From Bacteroidota bacterium (GTDB lineage: Bacteria > Bacteroidota > Bacteroidia > AKYH767-A > OLB10), in NCBI GenBank assembly GCA_031418215.1, contig JANOXC010000154.1:1716-65715 (forward strand): a stretch of 64,000 nucleotides of DNA, written 5' to 3'. Positions 10,573 to 21,500 of the stretch are shown piece by piece (position 1 is the first letter of the stretch; each line of letters opens with the position of its first letter). Both the position numbers and the translations under genes were made by a program. The notes beneath the pieces are model-generated. The model was not told where the DNA came from. It made no database searches and saw only the letters and a list, made by a program, of their open reading frames with translations.

Positions 10573-10642
10573 TAATGTTCCACCTCTTGAATTAGTGAAA
10601 TTACATTATATATATAATTTATACTTTTTGATTAGATAAGTC

Positions 10643-12085
10643 ATGATTAAAATACTCAATTACATCAATGGCCAATTAGTTGAGCCGGTCAATAAATCAT
10701 ATATAGATAATATTAACCCTGCAACAGGAGAAGTTTATTCGCTGATTGCCGATAGTGATGAACAAGATGTAGAGCAGGCAGTTGCAGCGGCCGCAGCAGC
10801 GTTTCCTATTTGGAGTAACATGCCTGTATCTCAGCGATCGGACATTCTTTTAAAAATAGCAGCATTAATTAATAAGAATAATGATGAGCTTGCTTTAGCA
10901 GAAAGCATTGATCAGGGCAAACCATTGTGGCTGGCAAAAACGATGGACATTCCACGTGCAGCAGCTAATTTTCACTTTTATGCAACCGGCGCTATTCATT
11001 TAAGTACGGAAGCACATGCCACAGAAAATGTCGCCATCAATTACACCTTGCGTCACCCTATTGGTATTGCAGGTTGTATTTCACCCTGGAACCTTCCATT
11101 ATATTTATTTACCTGGAAAATTGCACCTGCCTTGGCATCAGGAAATTGTGTGATTGCAAAACCAAGTGAGATTACTCCAATGACTGCTTTTCTGTTGAGT
11201 AAAATTTGCATTGAAGCAGGCTTGCCAGCCGGTGTTTTAAATATAGTACATGGATTGGGCCCAAAGGTTGGAGGCGCCATTGTACAACACAAACAAATTC
11301 CTGCTATCAGTTTTACCGGAGGAACGAAGACAGGTGAATGGATTGCACGCACAGCTGCACCAATGTTCAAGAAATTATCACTGGAGTTGGGTGGAAAAAA
11401 CCCGAACATCATTTTCGCAGATTGCAATTTTGACGATGCCGTAAAAACATCCGTCAACGCAGCATTCAGCAACCAGGGTGAAATTTGCTTATGCGGTTCA
11501 CGAATTTTTATTGAACGGCCTATATATAATCAATTTAGGGAAGCATTTATCAAGCGAGTTGCAACATTAAAGGTTGGCGACCCTTTGAATGATGAAAACA
11601 GGATGGGTGCTATAGTAAGCAAACCACACATGGAAAAAGTTCTATCATATATAAAGCTGGCACAGGAAGAAGGCGGTAAAGTTTTATGCGGGGGAAACCA
11701 ATTACATCTCGCCGGAAAAAATGCAAACGGATATTTTATTGAACCAACAGTCATAGAAGGTTTATCATACGATTGTCGTACCAACCAGGAAGAAATTTTT
11801 GGACCTGTTGTTACCATTATGCCATTTGATACAGAAGAAGAAGCATTGAAGTATGCTAACAGTACACAATACGGTTTGGCAGCAACTGTGTGGACAGAAA
11901 ATTTAAAACGCGCACATCGAGTTGCTGGCTTACTACACAGCGGAATCGTTTGGGTAAACTGCTGGCTCTTTCGTGATCTGCGGACACCTTTTGGCGGTAT
12001 GAAAAATTCAGGTGTAGGCCGTGAAGGAGGCTTTGAAGCGATGAAGTTTTTTACTGAGGAGAAGAATGTTTGTATTAAGTTTTAG
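10643..12085 (+). CDS. NAD-dependent aldehyde dehydrogenase, possibly 2-aminomuconate-semialdehyde dehydrogenase-like
   Basis: ALDH family: ELGGKNP and catalytic Cys region (GEICLCGSR); 480 aa. The specific assignment rests only on proximity to HAAO. Confidence 0.8.
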   Translation: MIKILNYINGQLVEPVNKSYIDNINPATGEVYSLIADSDEQDVEQAVAAAAAAFPIWSNMPVSQRSDILLKIAALINKNNDELALAESIDQGKPLWLAKTMDIPRAAANFHFYATGAIHLSTEAHATENVAINYTLRHPIGIAGCISPWNLPLYLFTWKIAPALASGNCVIAKPSEITPMTAFLLSKICIEAGLPAGVLNIVHGLGPKVGGAIVQHKQIPAISFTGGTKTGEWIARTAAPMFKKLSLELGGKNPNIIFADCNFDDAVKTSVNAAFSNQGEICLCGSRIFIERPIYNQFREAFIKRVATLKVGDPLNDENRMGAIVSKPHMEKVLSYIKLAQEEGGKVLCGGNQLHLAGKNANGYFIEPTVIEGLSYDCRTNQEEIFGPVVTIMPFDTEEEALKYANSTQYGLAATVWTENLKRAHRVAGLLHSGIVWVNCWLFRDLRTPFGGMKNSGVGREGGFEAMKFFTEEKNVCIKF

Positions 12086-12190
12086 GATGAGGTATAATTG
12101 AAAGGTGTCTCCTATTACATAACAACCTATAACTGTAAAAGTGTTAACTTCACATATAATTTATAAATAACAATTATAACCAAGAAAGTC

Positions 12191-13621
12191 ATGAGAAGGG
12201 CAATCCTGATTTCGACATTTGCAATACTTACAAATATTGCAACAATAAGTGCTCAAAATGTAAACATCCCAGATGCTAATTTCAAAGCAGCCTTGGTTTC
12301 AAACGCTGGTATTAATACTAATGGCGATGCCCAAATACAGGTCTCAGAAGCCGTTGCTTACACAGGGGGAATAAATGTTTCTAGCATGAATATTAATTCA
12401 CTTACAGGTATTGAAGCTTTTACAGCTCTTACTACATTGAATTGTGACACTAATCAATTAACGAGCTTGAATATTTTTTTTAATACGGCCCTTAGCAATT
12501 TGGATTGTTCCTATAATCAATTAACGAATTTGAGTGTTTCCTACAATACGGCCCTTACCTATTTGGATTGTTCCCGTAATTATTTAACGGTTTTGAGTGT
12601 TTCTTACAATACGGCCCTTACTTATTTGGATTGTTCTCGTAATAATTTAACAGGGTTGAATGTTTCTTACAATCCGGCTCTTACTTATTTGGATTGTTCC
12701 GATAATAATTTAACGAGTTTGGGAGTTTCTGTCAATACGGCTCTTGCTTATTTGGATTGTTCTAATAACAATTTAACAAGTTTGAATGTATCGGTCAATA
12801 CGGCTCTTACTTATTTGAATTCTTCCAATAATAATTTAACGAGTTTGAATGTTTCATCCAATACCGCTCTTACCAGTCTGTATTGTTGGGATAATCAATT
12901 ATCAATTTTAAATGTTTCTACAAATGCGAATCTTACGACTTTAATGTGTTCAAGTAATCAATTAACAAGTTTGAGTGTTTCTACAAATACAGCCCTTACT
13001 AATTTAAATTGTTCAAGTAATCAATTATCAAGCTTGAATGTTTCTGCCAATGCGGCACTTACTGTTTTAAATTGTATCTTTAATCAATTAACAAGTTTGA
13101 ATGTTACTACCAATACGGCTCTTATTTTTTTAAATTGTTCCTTTAATAAAATACCGAGTTTGGATGTTTCTGCAAATACGTCTCTTACAACTTTGTATTG
13201 TGGAGGTAATCAATTAACGAGTTTGAATATGCATAATAGTAACACTAATAATCTTGTTAATTTTAACTCCATAAATAACCCCAGTTTAACTTGTATACAG
13301 GTGGGTGATACCGCATATATGAACACCAATTGGCCAAATGCAAAAGATTCATGGGCAAGTTATAGTGTAAATTGCAATGTAAGTATTTCCAATTCCGCTT
13401 TTAAAAAGGCTATAATTGCATACCCTAATCCCACAACAGGAGTAATTAATTTATCAGATTTCTATAATGCAAACCTCACAGACATTACTGGTAAAATAAT
13501 TCTTGAAAAACAAAAAGTAAATACATTGGATATTGCTGATGAACCAGAAGGTATATATTTCATTTCGCTTCGCGGGAGTATGGGAGAATTAATTCAACGA
13601 AGTAAAGTGATCAAAGAATAA
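12191..13621 (+). CDS. secreted leucine-rich-repeat protein with T9SS C-terminal sorting domain
   Basis: Signal peptide. About 12 tandem 22-aa LRR units (LTxLNVSxNTALTYLDCSxNN). C-terminal domain (AYPNPTTGVINL..IYFISL). Confidence 0.75.
   Translation: MRRAILISTFAILTNIATISAQNVNIPDANFKAALVSNAGINTNGDAQIQVSEAVAYTGGINVSSMNINSLTGIEAFTALTTLNCDTNQLTSLNIFFNTALSNLDCSYNQLTNLSVSYNTALTYLDCSRNYLTVLSVSYNTALTYLDCSRNNLTGLNVSYNPALTYLDCSDNNLTSLGVSVNTALAYLDCSNNNLTSLNVSVNTALTYLNSSNNNLTSLNVSSNTALTSLYCWDNQLSILNVSTNANLTTLMCSSNQLTSLSVSTNTALTNLNCSSNQLSSLNVSANAALTVLNCIFNQLTSLNVTTNTALIFLNCSFNKIPSLDVSANTSLTTLYCGGNQLTSLNMHNSNTNNLVNFNSINNPSLTCIQVGDTAYMNTNWPNAKDSWASYSVNCNVSISNSAFKKAIIAYPNPTTGVINLSDFYNANLTDITGKIILEKQKVNTLDIADEPEGIYFISLRGSMGELIQRSKVIKE
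12470..13200 (+). repeat. near-identical 66-bp tandem DNA repeats encoding the LRR units
   Basis: Repeated ...aatacggc(c/t)cttac(t/c)tatttggattgttc... blocks are visible directly. Confidence 0.7.
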
Positions 13622-13671
13622 CAGGACATAACAGCGCCTGAAAACAATCGTCGGTTCTGCAGTAAATAAAA

Positions 13672-14151
13672 TTGCCCCGTTTCTGCCTGCATCAAATGTT
13701 GTCATTTAATGGCAAAAAAAACAATGTCATGTTAGAACTTAAGGATTTCCCGAAGCATTTAAAAACAATTAAAAAAGAAGATTGGGATAAACTCTTTGCC
13801 TTTATTACGAGACTGGAAGGAACAACAAGTTTCAGTAAAGTTGTAATAGGAGAAAAAAATGCTGACGGTTCCTTCGATTTTCCTCACATTGAAAACGCTC
13901 CACTTGCTTCAGAACTTGTTGATTTATTATATAAAATGAAATTGGCGCCTGTCTTTGATTATATGGATTGGAAAGAAGGACAAGAAATACTAAAAAACAA
14001 TTCTTTTGAAAACCTAGATGCAATAACCGTGTGTAAATTTTTTACTGTAATGTTAAGGAGTGAAAGGTTTATAGAGGGTTTTATCGCAGGTTGGTTGTCA
14101 GAAGGAATTGTTTTGAAATTGCTGAAAAGACTAAAAGAAATAGTTGTCTGA
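13672..14151 (+). CDS. hypothetical protein
   Basis: ORF of up to 159 aa with an ambiguous start (Met at 1, 9 or 20). No recognisable domain. Confidence 0.4.
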   Translation: MPRFCLHQMLSFNGKKNNVMLELKDFPKHLKTIKKEDWDKLFAFITRLEGTTSFSKVVIGEKNADGSFDFPHIENAPLASELVDLLYKMKLAPVFDYMDWKEGQEILKNNSFENLDAITVCKFFTVMLRSERFIEGFIAGWLSEGIVLKLLKRLKEIVV

Positions 14152-14192
14152 ACTGTGATTTATTAGCTTAAATTGATTAAATGGATTTGTCG

Positions 14193-14221
14193 CTTCAGAG
14201 TCTTCGTAAGGGACTCTGAAG
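14193..14221. repeat. short palindromic element (CTTCAGAGTC-TTCGTAAG-GGACTCTGAAG)
   Basis: Inverted repeat related to the 8522 family. Confidence 0.6.
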
Positions 14222-14268
14222 AAAATTATTAAATGGAGATTAATCGCTACTCAATCGAGATTTTAATT

Positions 14269-14304
14269 CATTAGCGTCTCCCGGAAATGGGGCGAATCTG
14301 ATGG
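14269..14304. repeat. degenerate palindromic element (..GCGTCTCCCGGAAATGGGGCGAATCTGATGG)
   Basis: Shares the arm and loop (CCCGGAAATGGGG) with the 14682 copy. The arms are imperfect. Confidence 0.5.
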
Positions 14305-14334
14305 AACAAAAAATACTTTCTTAAAATTATTACC

Positions 14335-14643
14335 ATGTCTGAAGTTGACAATACAAACGCCATCATACGCAAATTTGAACCCATGCTTCAAAACTTATCT
14401 ATGCCTGAGCTTACCATTCTAAGCAAAATGGTTGTAGAGCGGATACGGATAATATATAAAGCCGGCGCATTGGTATCTATGGCAAAATTTAATGTTGGCG
14501 ACCGTGTTTCAGGGGATGGCAGTGATGGAATTGTTCGCATAGGAATTATTATGAGGTTGAATCACAAAACAGCTTCAATTAAAATCGATAACGAAGGGCA
14601 TTGGAATGTATCCCCACAATTGTTGCGTAAGGAGAATGGATAG
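14335..14643 (+). CDS. hypothetical protein
   Basis: 102-aa ORF flanked on both sides by palindromic elements. No recognised domain. Confidence 0.4.
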   Translation: MSEVDNTNAIIRKFEPMLQNLSMPELTILSKMVVERIRIIYKAGALVSMAKFNVGDRVSGDGSDGIVRIGIIMRLNHKTASIKIDNEGHWNVSPQLLRKENG

Positions 14644-14681
14644 ATCAGGTAAATCCCAATTCATAAAGTGTTCTCCTTTTG

Positions 14682-14717
14682 CATCAGTGTCCCCCGGAAA
14701 TGGGGAGACACTGATGG
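14682..14717. repeat. short palindromic element (CATCAGTGTCCCC-CGGAAATG-GGGAGACACTGATGG)
   Basis: Near-perfect inverted repeat between two convergent genes. Confidence 0.7.
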
Positions 14718-14827
14718 GACGAGATATCTGAACTATGATTTCAGGGATTAAAGTGTTTACTATGATGTAGCTTTTTCAATCAGTTAAATCATGTAAATCA
14801 AAAAAATCCTGGTTCAGACAATTTTTT

Positions 14828-16618
14828 TTATGAGTCCAGCTTCAACACCGCTAAAAATGCCTGTTGTGGTATTTCAACATTACCAACCTGGCGCATGCGT
14901 TTCTTTCCTGCTTTTTGTTTCTCTAACAGTTTTCTTTTTCTTGAAATATCACCACCATAACATTTTGCAGTAACATCTTTACGCATCGCTTTCACTGTTT
15001 CGCGTGCAATAATTTTTGATCCGATGGAAGCCTGAATAATAATTTCAAATTGCTGACGTGTAATCAACTCTTTTAATTTCTCGCAGATCTTGCGTCCAAA
15101 ATCATGCGCATGTGAACGGTGAATCAAAGCAGACAATGCATCAACGGGCTCTCCATTCAAACGAATGTCAAGTCGAATTAAATCAGAAGCCTGATAACCG
15201 ATCTGGTGATAATCAAATGATGCATACCCTTTAGAAATCGTTTTGAGTTTGTCATAAAAATCAAAAACAATTTCTGCCATTGGCATCTTAAATGTTAACT
15301 CGACGCGATCGGTTGTGAGGTAACTTTGATTTAATATTTCACCACGTTTGGTAATGCAAAGCGTCATGATGGAGCCAATATATTCCGACTTGGTAATGAC
15401 AACTGCTTTAATATACGGCTCTTCAATTCTGTCAAGTTGTGATGGATCAGGAAAATCACTGGGATTATTAACGGTTAATTCCGTTCCATTGGTAAGGTAA
15501 GCAGTATAAGAAACGTTGGGAACAGTGGTAATCACTGTCATGTTAAACTCCCGCTCCAGTCTTTCCTGGATAATTTCCATGTGCAACATCCCAAGAAATC
15601 CACATCGGAAACCAAAACCCAATGCTGCCGATGACTCCGGTTCAAAAACCAAAGAGGCATCATTGAGCTGTAATTTTTCAATGGAGTTTCTTAACTCTTC
15701 ATACTCATCGGTATCAACAGGGTAGATCCCCGCAAAAACCATTGGCTTCACATCTTCAAAACCACTGATGGCTTCAGCACATGGACGTTCTTTATGGGTA
15801 AGCGTGTCACCAACTTTAACTTCTTTGGCTTCTTTAATACCTGAAATAATATATCCAACATCTCCGGCCTTCACAACATCGCGCGGTGACTTCTGTAATT
15901 TCAAAATACCCACCTCGTCAGCGAAATATTCTTTTTCAGTAGCCATAAACCGAACATGGTCACCTTTACGGATTTCACCGTCCATTACCCTGAAATAAGC
16001 AATAATACCACGAAAACTATTAAAAACAGAATCAAAAATAAGGGCCTTGAATGGGGCAGAAACATCACCTTTCGGGGCCGGCACTCTTTCTACAATTGCC
16101 CGTAAAATATCATGAACCCCTAAACCGGTTTTACCACTTGCCGGAATAATTTCTTCGCGGCGGCAACCGATCAAATCAACTATCTGGTCTTTAACCAACT
16201 CAGGTTCAGCACTTGGCAAATCTATTTTATTCAAAACAGGAATAATTAACAGATTATTCTCCAAAGCCAGGTAAAGATTTGAAATCGTTTGTGCCTGTAT
16301 TCCCTGAGCAGCATCTACAATTAACAAAGCCCCTTCACAAGCAGCGATAGATCTTGACACTTCATAGGAAAAGTCAACATGGCCAGGGGTATCAATGAGG
16401 TTTAGGATATACGGTATGCCATCCTGCTCATATTCCATCTGAATGGCGTGACTTTTAATGGTAATTCCCCGTTCACGCTCAATATCCATATCATCCAATA
16501 CCTGCGCTTGCGCGTCTTTTTTGGAAACAGTATTGGTATATTCCAATAAACGATCGGCCAGGGTGCTTTTTCCGTGGTCAATATGAGCAATGATGCAGAA
16601 ATTACGTATGTTTTTCAT
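14828..16618 (-). CDS. lepA: translation elongation factor 4
   Basis: N-terminus [22 protein letters not shown] and GTPase motifs; 596 aa. Confidence 0.9.
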   Translation of the reverse strand: MKNIRNFCIIAHIDHGKSTLADRLLEYTNTVSKKDAQAQVLDDMDIERERGITIKSHAIQMEYEQDGIPYILNLIDTPGHVDFSYEVSRSIAACEGALLIVDAAQGIQAQTISNLYLALENNLLIIPVLNKIDLPSAEPELVKDQIVDLIGCRREEIIPASGKTGLGVHDILRAIVERVPAPKGDVSAPFKALIFDSVFNSFRGIIAYFRVMDGEIRKGDHVRFMATEKEYFADEVGILKLQKSPRDVVKAGDVGYIISGIKEAKEVKVGDTLTHKERPCAEAISGFEDVKPMVFAGIYPVDTDEYEELRNSIEKLQLNDASLVFEPESSAALGFGFRCGFLGMLHMEIIQERLEREFNMTVITTVPNVSYTAYLTNGTELTVNNPSDFPDPSQLDRIEEPYIKAVVITKSEYIGSIMTLCITKRGEILNQSYLTTDRVELTFKMPMAEIVFDFYDKLKTISKGYASFDYHQIGYQASDLIRLDIRLNGEPVDALSALIHRSHAHDFGRKICEKLKELITRQQFEIIIQASIGSKIIARETVKAMRKDVTAKCYGGDISRKRKLLEKQKAGKKRMRQVGNVEIPQQAFLAVLKLDS

Positions 16619-16687
16619 CCGGGGGCGCGAAGATAGGGATAAGAAGAGTATGATTTACTGTTTCTGTTTGAGGATATTCTCCTATCA

Positions 16688-16797
16688 ATCAACGAATACG
16701 AATAAAATCGAATTTACGAATAGGGGATTCAGAGAGGAATATTCTCCTTCTATTTAAAATCTAATTCGTAATCTCGTAGAGATTCGTATTCGTTGAT
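16688..16797. mobile_element. MITE-like element, copy A (110 bp), with 16-bp terminal inverted repeats ATCAACGAATACGAAT / ATTCGTATTCGTTGAT
   Basis: Perfect terminal inverted repeats. Internal palindrome GAGGAATATTCTCC. Related copy at 29083-29207. Confidence 0.55.
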
Positions 16798-16856
16798 GAA
16801 AATTTTTTTAGGGTGATGCAACCCTTTTTCGTAAACTTACATCTTGGTATTTGTGA

Positions 16857-17453
16857 ATGATGTTACAATCCGAAGAACGATTAATTGAAGGATGCTGCAA
16901 GGGAGACAAACTTGCTCAACGGAATCTGTATGAAATCTATTCCCGCAAAATGTTTGGCGTCTGCCTTAGATATTGTAACAACAGAGAGGAAGCAGAAGAA
17001 GTATTACAGGAAGGGCTCTTAAAGGTGTTTAATAAAATTGGCGACTTCAAAAAAGAAGGCCCTCTGGAAAGCTGGATTAAAAAGATCATCATTAATACAG
17101 CCTTAGATTTATACAGACGGAATAAAAACCGGCAATTAGAAACTGAGTGGCAGGAGAACATTAATGAAAGCGTTGAACCTCTTATAGAATTAAAAGCAAA
17201 AGAATTGTTACAAATCATCCAAACACTGCCCATTGGTTTTCGTACCGTCTTTAACCTTTATGCAATTGAAGGATATAACCATGCTGAAATTGGCAACCTG
17301 TTGAGTATCAGTGAAGGAACAAGTAAATCGCAATACTCTCGAGCAAGGCAACACCTTATTAAACTCATTGAAAAGGAAAAAAAAGCGGGAGATGTTATTA
17401 GTGAGCCGGTCAATAATTTTAATATTAAATCAATACCCTTGAATATCAGCTGA
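16857..17453 (+). CDS. RNA polymerase ECF-type sigma-70 factor
   Basis: Region 2 and region 4 signatures (ALDLYRR; helix-turn-helix LSISEGTSKSQYSRARQHL); 198 aa. Confidence 0.85.
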   Translation: MMLQSEERLIEGCCKGDKLAQRNLYEIYSRKMFGVCLRYCNNREEAEEVLQEGLLKVFNKIGDFKKEGPLESWIKKIIINTALDLYRRNKNRQLETEWQENINESVEPLIELKAKELLQIIQTLPIGFRTVFNLYAIEGYNHAEIGNLLSISEGTSKSQYSRARQHLIKLIEKEKKAGDVISEPVNNFNIKSIPLNIS

Positions 17454-18538
17454 TGGACCTGGAAAAACTAGTTAAGACGTCGTTTGAGCAATTTGAGCCG
17501 GAAGTAAACCCTTCCGTTTGGCAGCGTCTTGAACAAAATTTAAATACCCCTTCAACATCAGCTGATCCTTCAGGTACTTCTTCCATTACAGGTAAAACAG
17601 CATTAAAAACCATCTTGGGCAATACCAATCCTTGGTTTTGGGTGGCAGGAATTATCAGCACAGCTGCAATTGTAATGGTAATTGTGACTACTTCCCCAAA
17701 GAAAAACACAGTTGTTCCTGTTATAGCACCTACGACCATTAACGATATTGCTGTTGATAAAGCGCTGGATAATTCGAACGTAATACAATCTGAAAATAAT
17801 GTGATTTCAGTTCAAGAGTCCCCGAAAAATGAGGTTGCTTTTAATAAAGAGGAAAGCAAAAAGTTTACTGCTGAGAAAACAGCAATTGAGCACCATAGTG
17901 AGTCGCCGGTTACTGCTTCAAGCAATCAGAACAAGAGCAGTGAGGCTTCATCAACAAAAGCCCCACCCTCCACTCCTCAAAAAGTAAATGAGCAGGCCTC
18001 TGAAAACGCTCCTGTAAATCAATCTGCTAATACTAATAAGCCTGTAGCAACCATTGAATCTGTTATCATTATTAATTCGCAGGTTGGATTTGCTCCTTTA
18101 AAAATAGTAGCCTTATTAAACAAAGAAGATGCTAAAGGCAATTGGGACTTTGGCGATGGTCAAACAAGCACCGGCTCGAATAGCATTACCCATAATTTCA
18201 CCAAACCAGGCACTTACAAGCTCTTATGTACAGTTGGTGAAAAAACCATTGAGAAAACCATTGAAGTAATTGGCTCAGTAAGCACTGCATTTACTCCCAA
18301 TGGCGATGGCGTTAACGATGAATTTTATGTTGAAAGCAGTCAATTACTGGAATTATCGGTTAAAATTTTAGATCGGTCGGGAAGAGTGGTTTTTGAAATC
18401 ACGCAACCCGGCCAGCATTGGGACGGAAAGGATGAGAACGGGGAAAACCTGACTTCCGGAACCTATTTTTACAATATATTTGCCCGCTCCGATAATGGGC
18501 AAATCAACCAAAAAGGAACTATAAGCATATTTAGATAA
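17453..18538 (+). CDS. putative anti-sigma factor-like membrane protein with extracytoplasmic PKD domain and type-B T9SS C-terminal domain
   Basis: Start overlaps the sigma stop (TGATG). About 65-aa cytoplasmic N-terminus, one transmembrane helix, Ser/Thr/Asn-rich linker, PKD motif (WDFGDGQTSTGSNSITHNF..GTYKL), and C-terminal FTPNGDGVNDEF..YFYNIF. Confidence 0.6.
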   Translation: MDLEKLVKTSFEQFEPEVNPSVWQRLEQNLNTPSTSADPSGTSSITGKTALKTILGNTNPWFWVAGIISTAAIVMVIVTTSPKKNTVVPVIAPTTINDIAVDKALDNSNVIQSENNVISVQESPKNEVAFNKEESKKFTAEKTAIEHHSESPVTASSNQNKSSEASSTKAPPSTPQKVNEQASENAPVNQSANTNKPVATIESVIIINSQVGFAPLKIVALLNKEDAKGNWDFGDGQTSTGSNSITHNFTKPGTYKLLCTVGEKTIEKTIEVIGSVSTAFTPNGDGVNDEFYVESSQLLELSVKILDRSGRVVFEITQPGQHWDGKDENGENLTSGTYFYNIFARSDNGQINQKGTISIFR

Positions 18539-18546
18539 ATAAACCT

Positions 18547-21500
18547 ATGAAAAAAATAATCACACTCCTCTGCCTTGTATCAACAATACTTGTTAGCAGC
18601 ATTACCAAGGTCAATGCCTCCCATGCTGTTGGTGCTGACTTAACCTACACCTACGTTAGCGCGAATGTAATCCACATCAAGTTGAGGTTTTACCGTGATT
18701 GCAGCGGTATCCCTGCACCTCTAACTGCAGCTATCGACATCAGCTCTGTTTCCTGTGGCATCATTCAGCCAACGGTGAATTTACCGCTGATCAGCTCTAC
18801 ACAAATTGTTACTTCCGACTGTATTGATACGTCTCAGGCAACAACCTGCAACGGTGGTCCACGCTATGGTGTGGAAGAATACATTTATGAGGGTGACGTT
18901 ACTTTACCTCAAGGATGTACCGACTGGATATTTGAATTTGAAGAATGTTGCCGCAACACCAATCAAACAATGTCAGGTGGCCCTTATTTATATGTAAGTA
19001 CTTCACTTGATAATCTTAATTACCCAACCAACAGTTCCCCTCAATTCCTTTCTTATCCTGCTACTTCTTTTTGTGTAGGAAATCCTTTTTACTACAAACA
19101 GGAAGCTTTCGATCCCGACGGCGATTCATTGGTTTATTCATTGGTTGATGCACAGACTAACGGTGGCGCATTGGTAAATTATATATTCCCTTATTCAGGG
19201 ATATACCCTGTTGCTTCTTCTACCCCAATCACTATTGATCAAACCGGTCAGATATTTTTAACGCCTAGCCAGATCCAGACTGCCGTTATGTGTGTACAGG
19301 TGGAGGAATACAGAAATGGAATTAAAATCGGTGCTGTTAAGCGTGATATTCAAATCAAGGTAGAATCTCTTTGTGATCCTAACCTGATTCCAAAATATGA
19401 TGCATTGGCTGATTCAGTCGGCGTAAATGTTCCTTGTGGAACTTTTGCCTTCGACGTCCCTTTCAAGCGCGATGTTCAATGCGGCTCTATTGTAAATGAT
19501 GATTTTCGTGTGATTAACTCGCTTGGTTTTCCAATTCCAATTATAAGCATTACAGGATATAACTGCGCAGGCGGACTTACCGATTCCATTCGTATTGTAT
19601 TGAGTGAGCCTTTTACCTACGGTAGCAATTACGTATGGACGAAGACAGGATCTGATGGTAACACCATTTTAGGTAAATGTGGTTTTGGCGCTTTTACTTT
19701 TGATACTATTGAATATATTGTAAATGATCCTTCCCCATATCAACTGGTTAGTGACTCAGTTGGTTGTGTGTTGAATAGTTTTACAACTGACTTATCTGAG
19801 TATGTATATTGTTACAGTGTTGACCAAGATGGATCATCTCTTCAACTGATTGATGCAGGAAACGGCAATAATCCGTTGCCGATTGTAAGTACCTACACTT
19901 ATTGCGGTCCTTCAGGCGATAGTTTGTCAAACCAGATATTGATTAATTTTCCAGCTCAGCAAACCCCTGCCGGCCCGTTATATCTTATTGTAAAGACAGG
20001 TACTGACAATAACACCATTGCTAACAGTTGCGGGCGTTTTCTGAATGTTGGCGATACACTAGCTGTTTATTATATTGATAATGTAATTCCAACATCATTG
20101 GGTGGGGATTTAGATGCTTGTACAAATAACAATGAGATTCCTGTTGCACTTAATTCCGGTTACACATCTGCCGGTGGATTAACCTTCCAGTGGTATTTAA
20201 ATGGAGGTGCAATCAGTGGTGAAACCAATGCAACCTATTCAGCTGCTGCCACAGGTTCTTATAGTGTTATTGTTTCTGCAACAGCTTTCTGTAAAGGGAC
20301 TGACACGATTGACATCAATGTTATCAATGTACCGGTTATCGATTTAGGCCCTGCCCTCAGAGATATTTGCCGTGGAGATTCAATTCTTCTTGACATGGGT
20401 GCAGGCAGTACCAATTACCTCTGGTATTATAATCAGCAAAATACTGCAACAGGACAAACATTATATGCTAATTTAGATGGACAGTATGTTGGAGCAATTG
20501 TAACAGTTGGTCCAAATCCTATCAATCACTTATGTTTCAGTTCTGATACAGTTGTTTTAGTGAATCATGATTATCCGGTACTTGTATTAAGTGATCAAAC
20601 AGTTTGCTCCAGCACATTACCATTTGTAATTGATGCCGGTAATTCAGGTGCTTCTTATCAATGGTCTAACGGTGCTACACAACAAACAGTTTCCACTTCT
20701 ACAGCAGGGCCTTATTCTGTTACCATCACCAATTTCCCAAGCTGTGCTGTTAATGATTCCATGTATTTAACAGTCCTGATTTCTCCAACAGCAAATCTTC
20801 CTATTGGAATAGCACAGTGTACCAGTGACCCTGCTCCTACATTAGATCCGGGCTTCACAGGTGCACAATCCTATCTCTGGACCGACGGAAGTGGTGCAAC
20901 GGTTTCTACTGACTCTGTATTTACTCCTCCTGTAACTGCCGGAACAAATACGTACACGGTGGTAATTACTAACGGACCTTGTACAGCAACAGATCAAACT
21001 GTTTTCACAGTAAATTCAGCTCCTACACTTAATGCATTAGGCACACAAGCAATTTGTGAAATTGACCCTGCTGCAGTTTTGGATGCAAACTATTCAGGAG
21101 CAACGGTAACCTATTTATGGTCCACAGGTGCTACTACTCAAACCATTTCTGCAAGTACAACTAATGATTACATCGTAACTGTTACAGAAAACGGATGTGT
21201 TTCAAAAGACACTGTTACCCTCACGGTTCAACAACAATTAGCTGCTCCAGTTATTGCCTGTGGTGGAGGATCTTCATCTAGTTATTTATTTGTTTATACC
21301 TGGAATGATATCGTTGGTAATACCGGTTATGAAGTAAGTACTGATAAGACGACCTGGATACCTGCCAACACACCTTCAGGACCTACATCACATGGCTCGA
21401 ATGAAACAGCACCTACTTTCTATGTAAGAACGAAAATGAATGGCGGTTGTCTATTTGGCAAAACAAGTGATCCAATTGCCTGTGCTCCTGTGGTTCCAAA

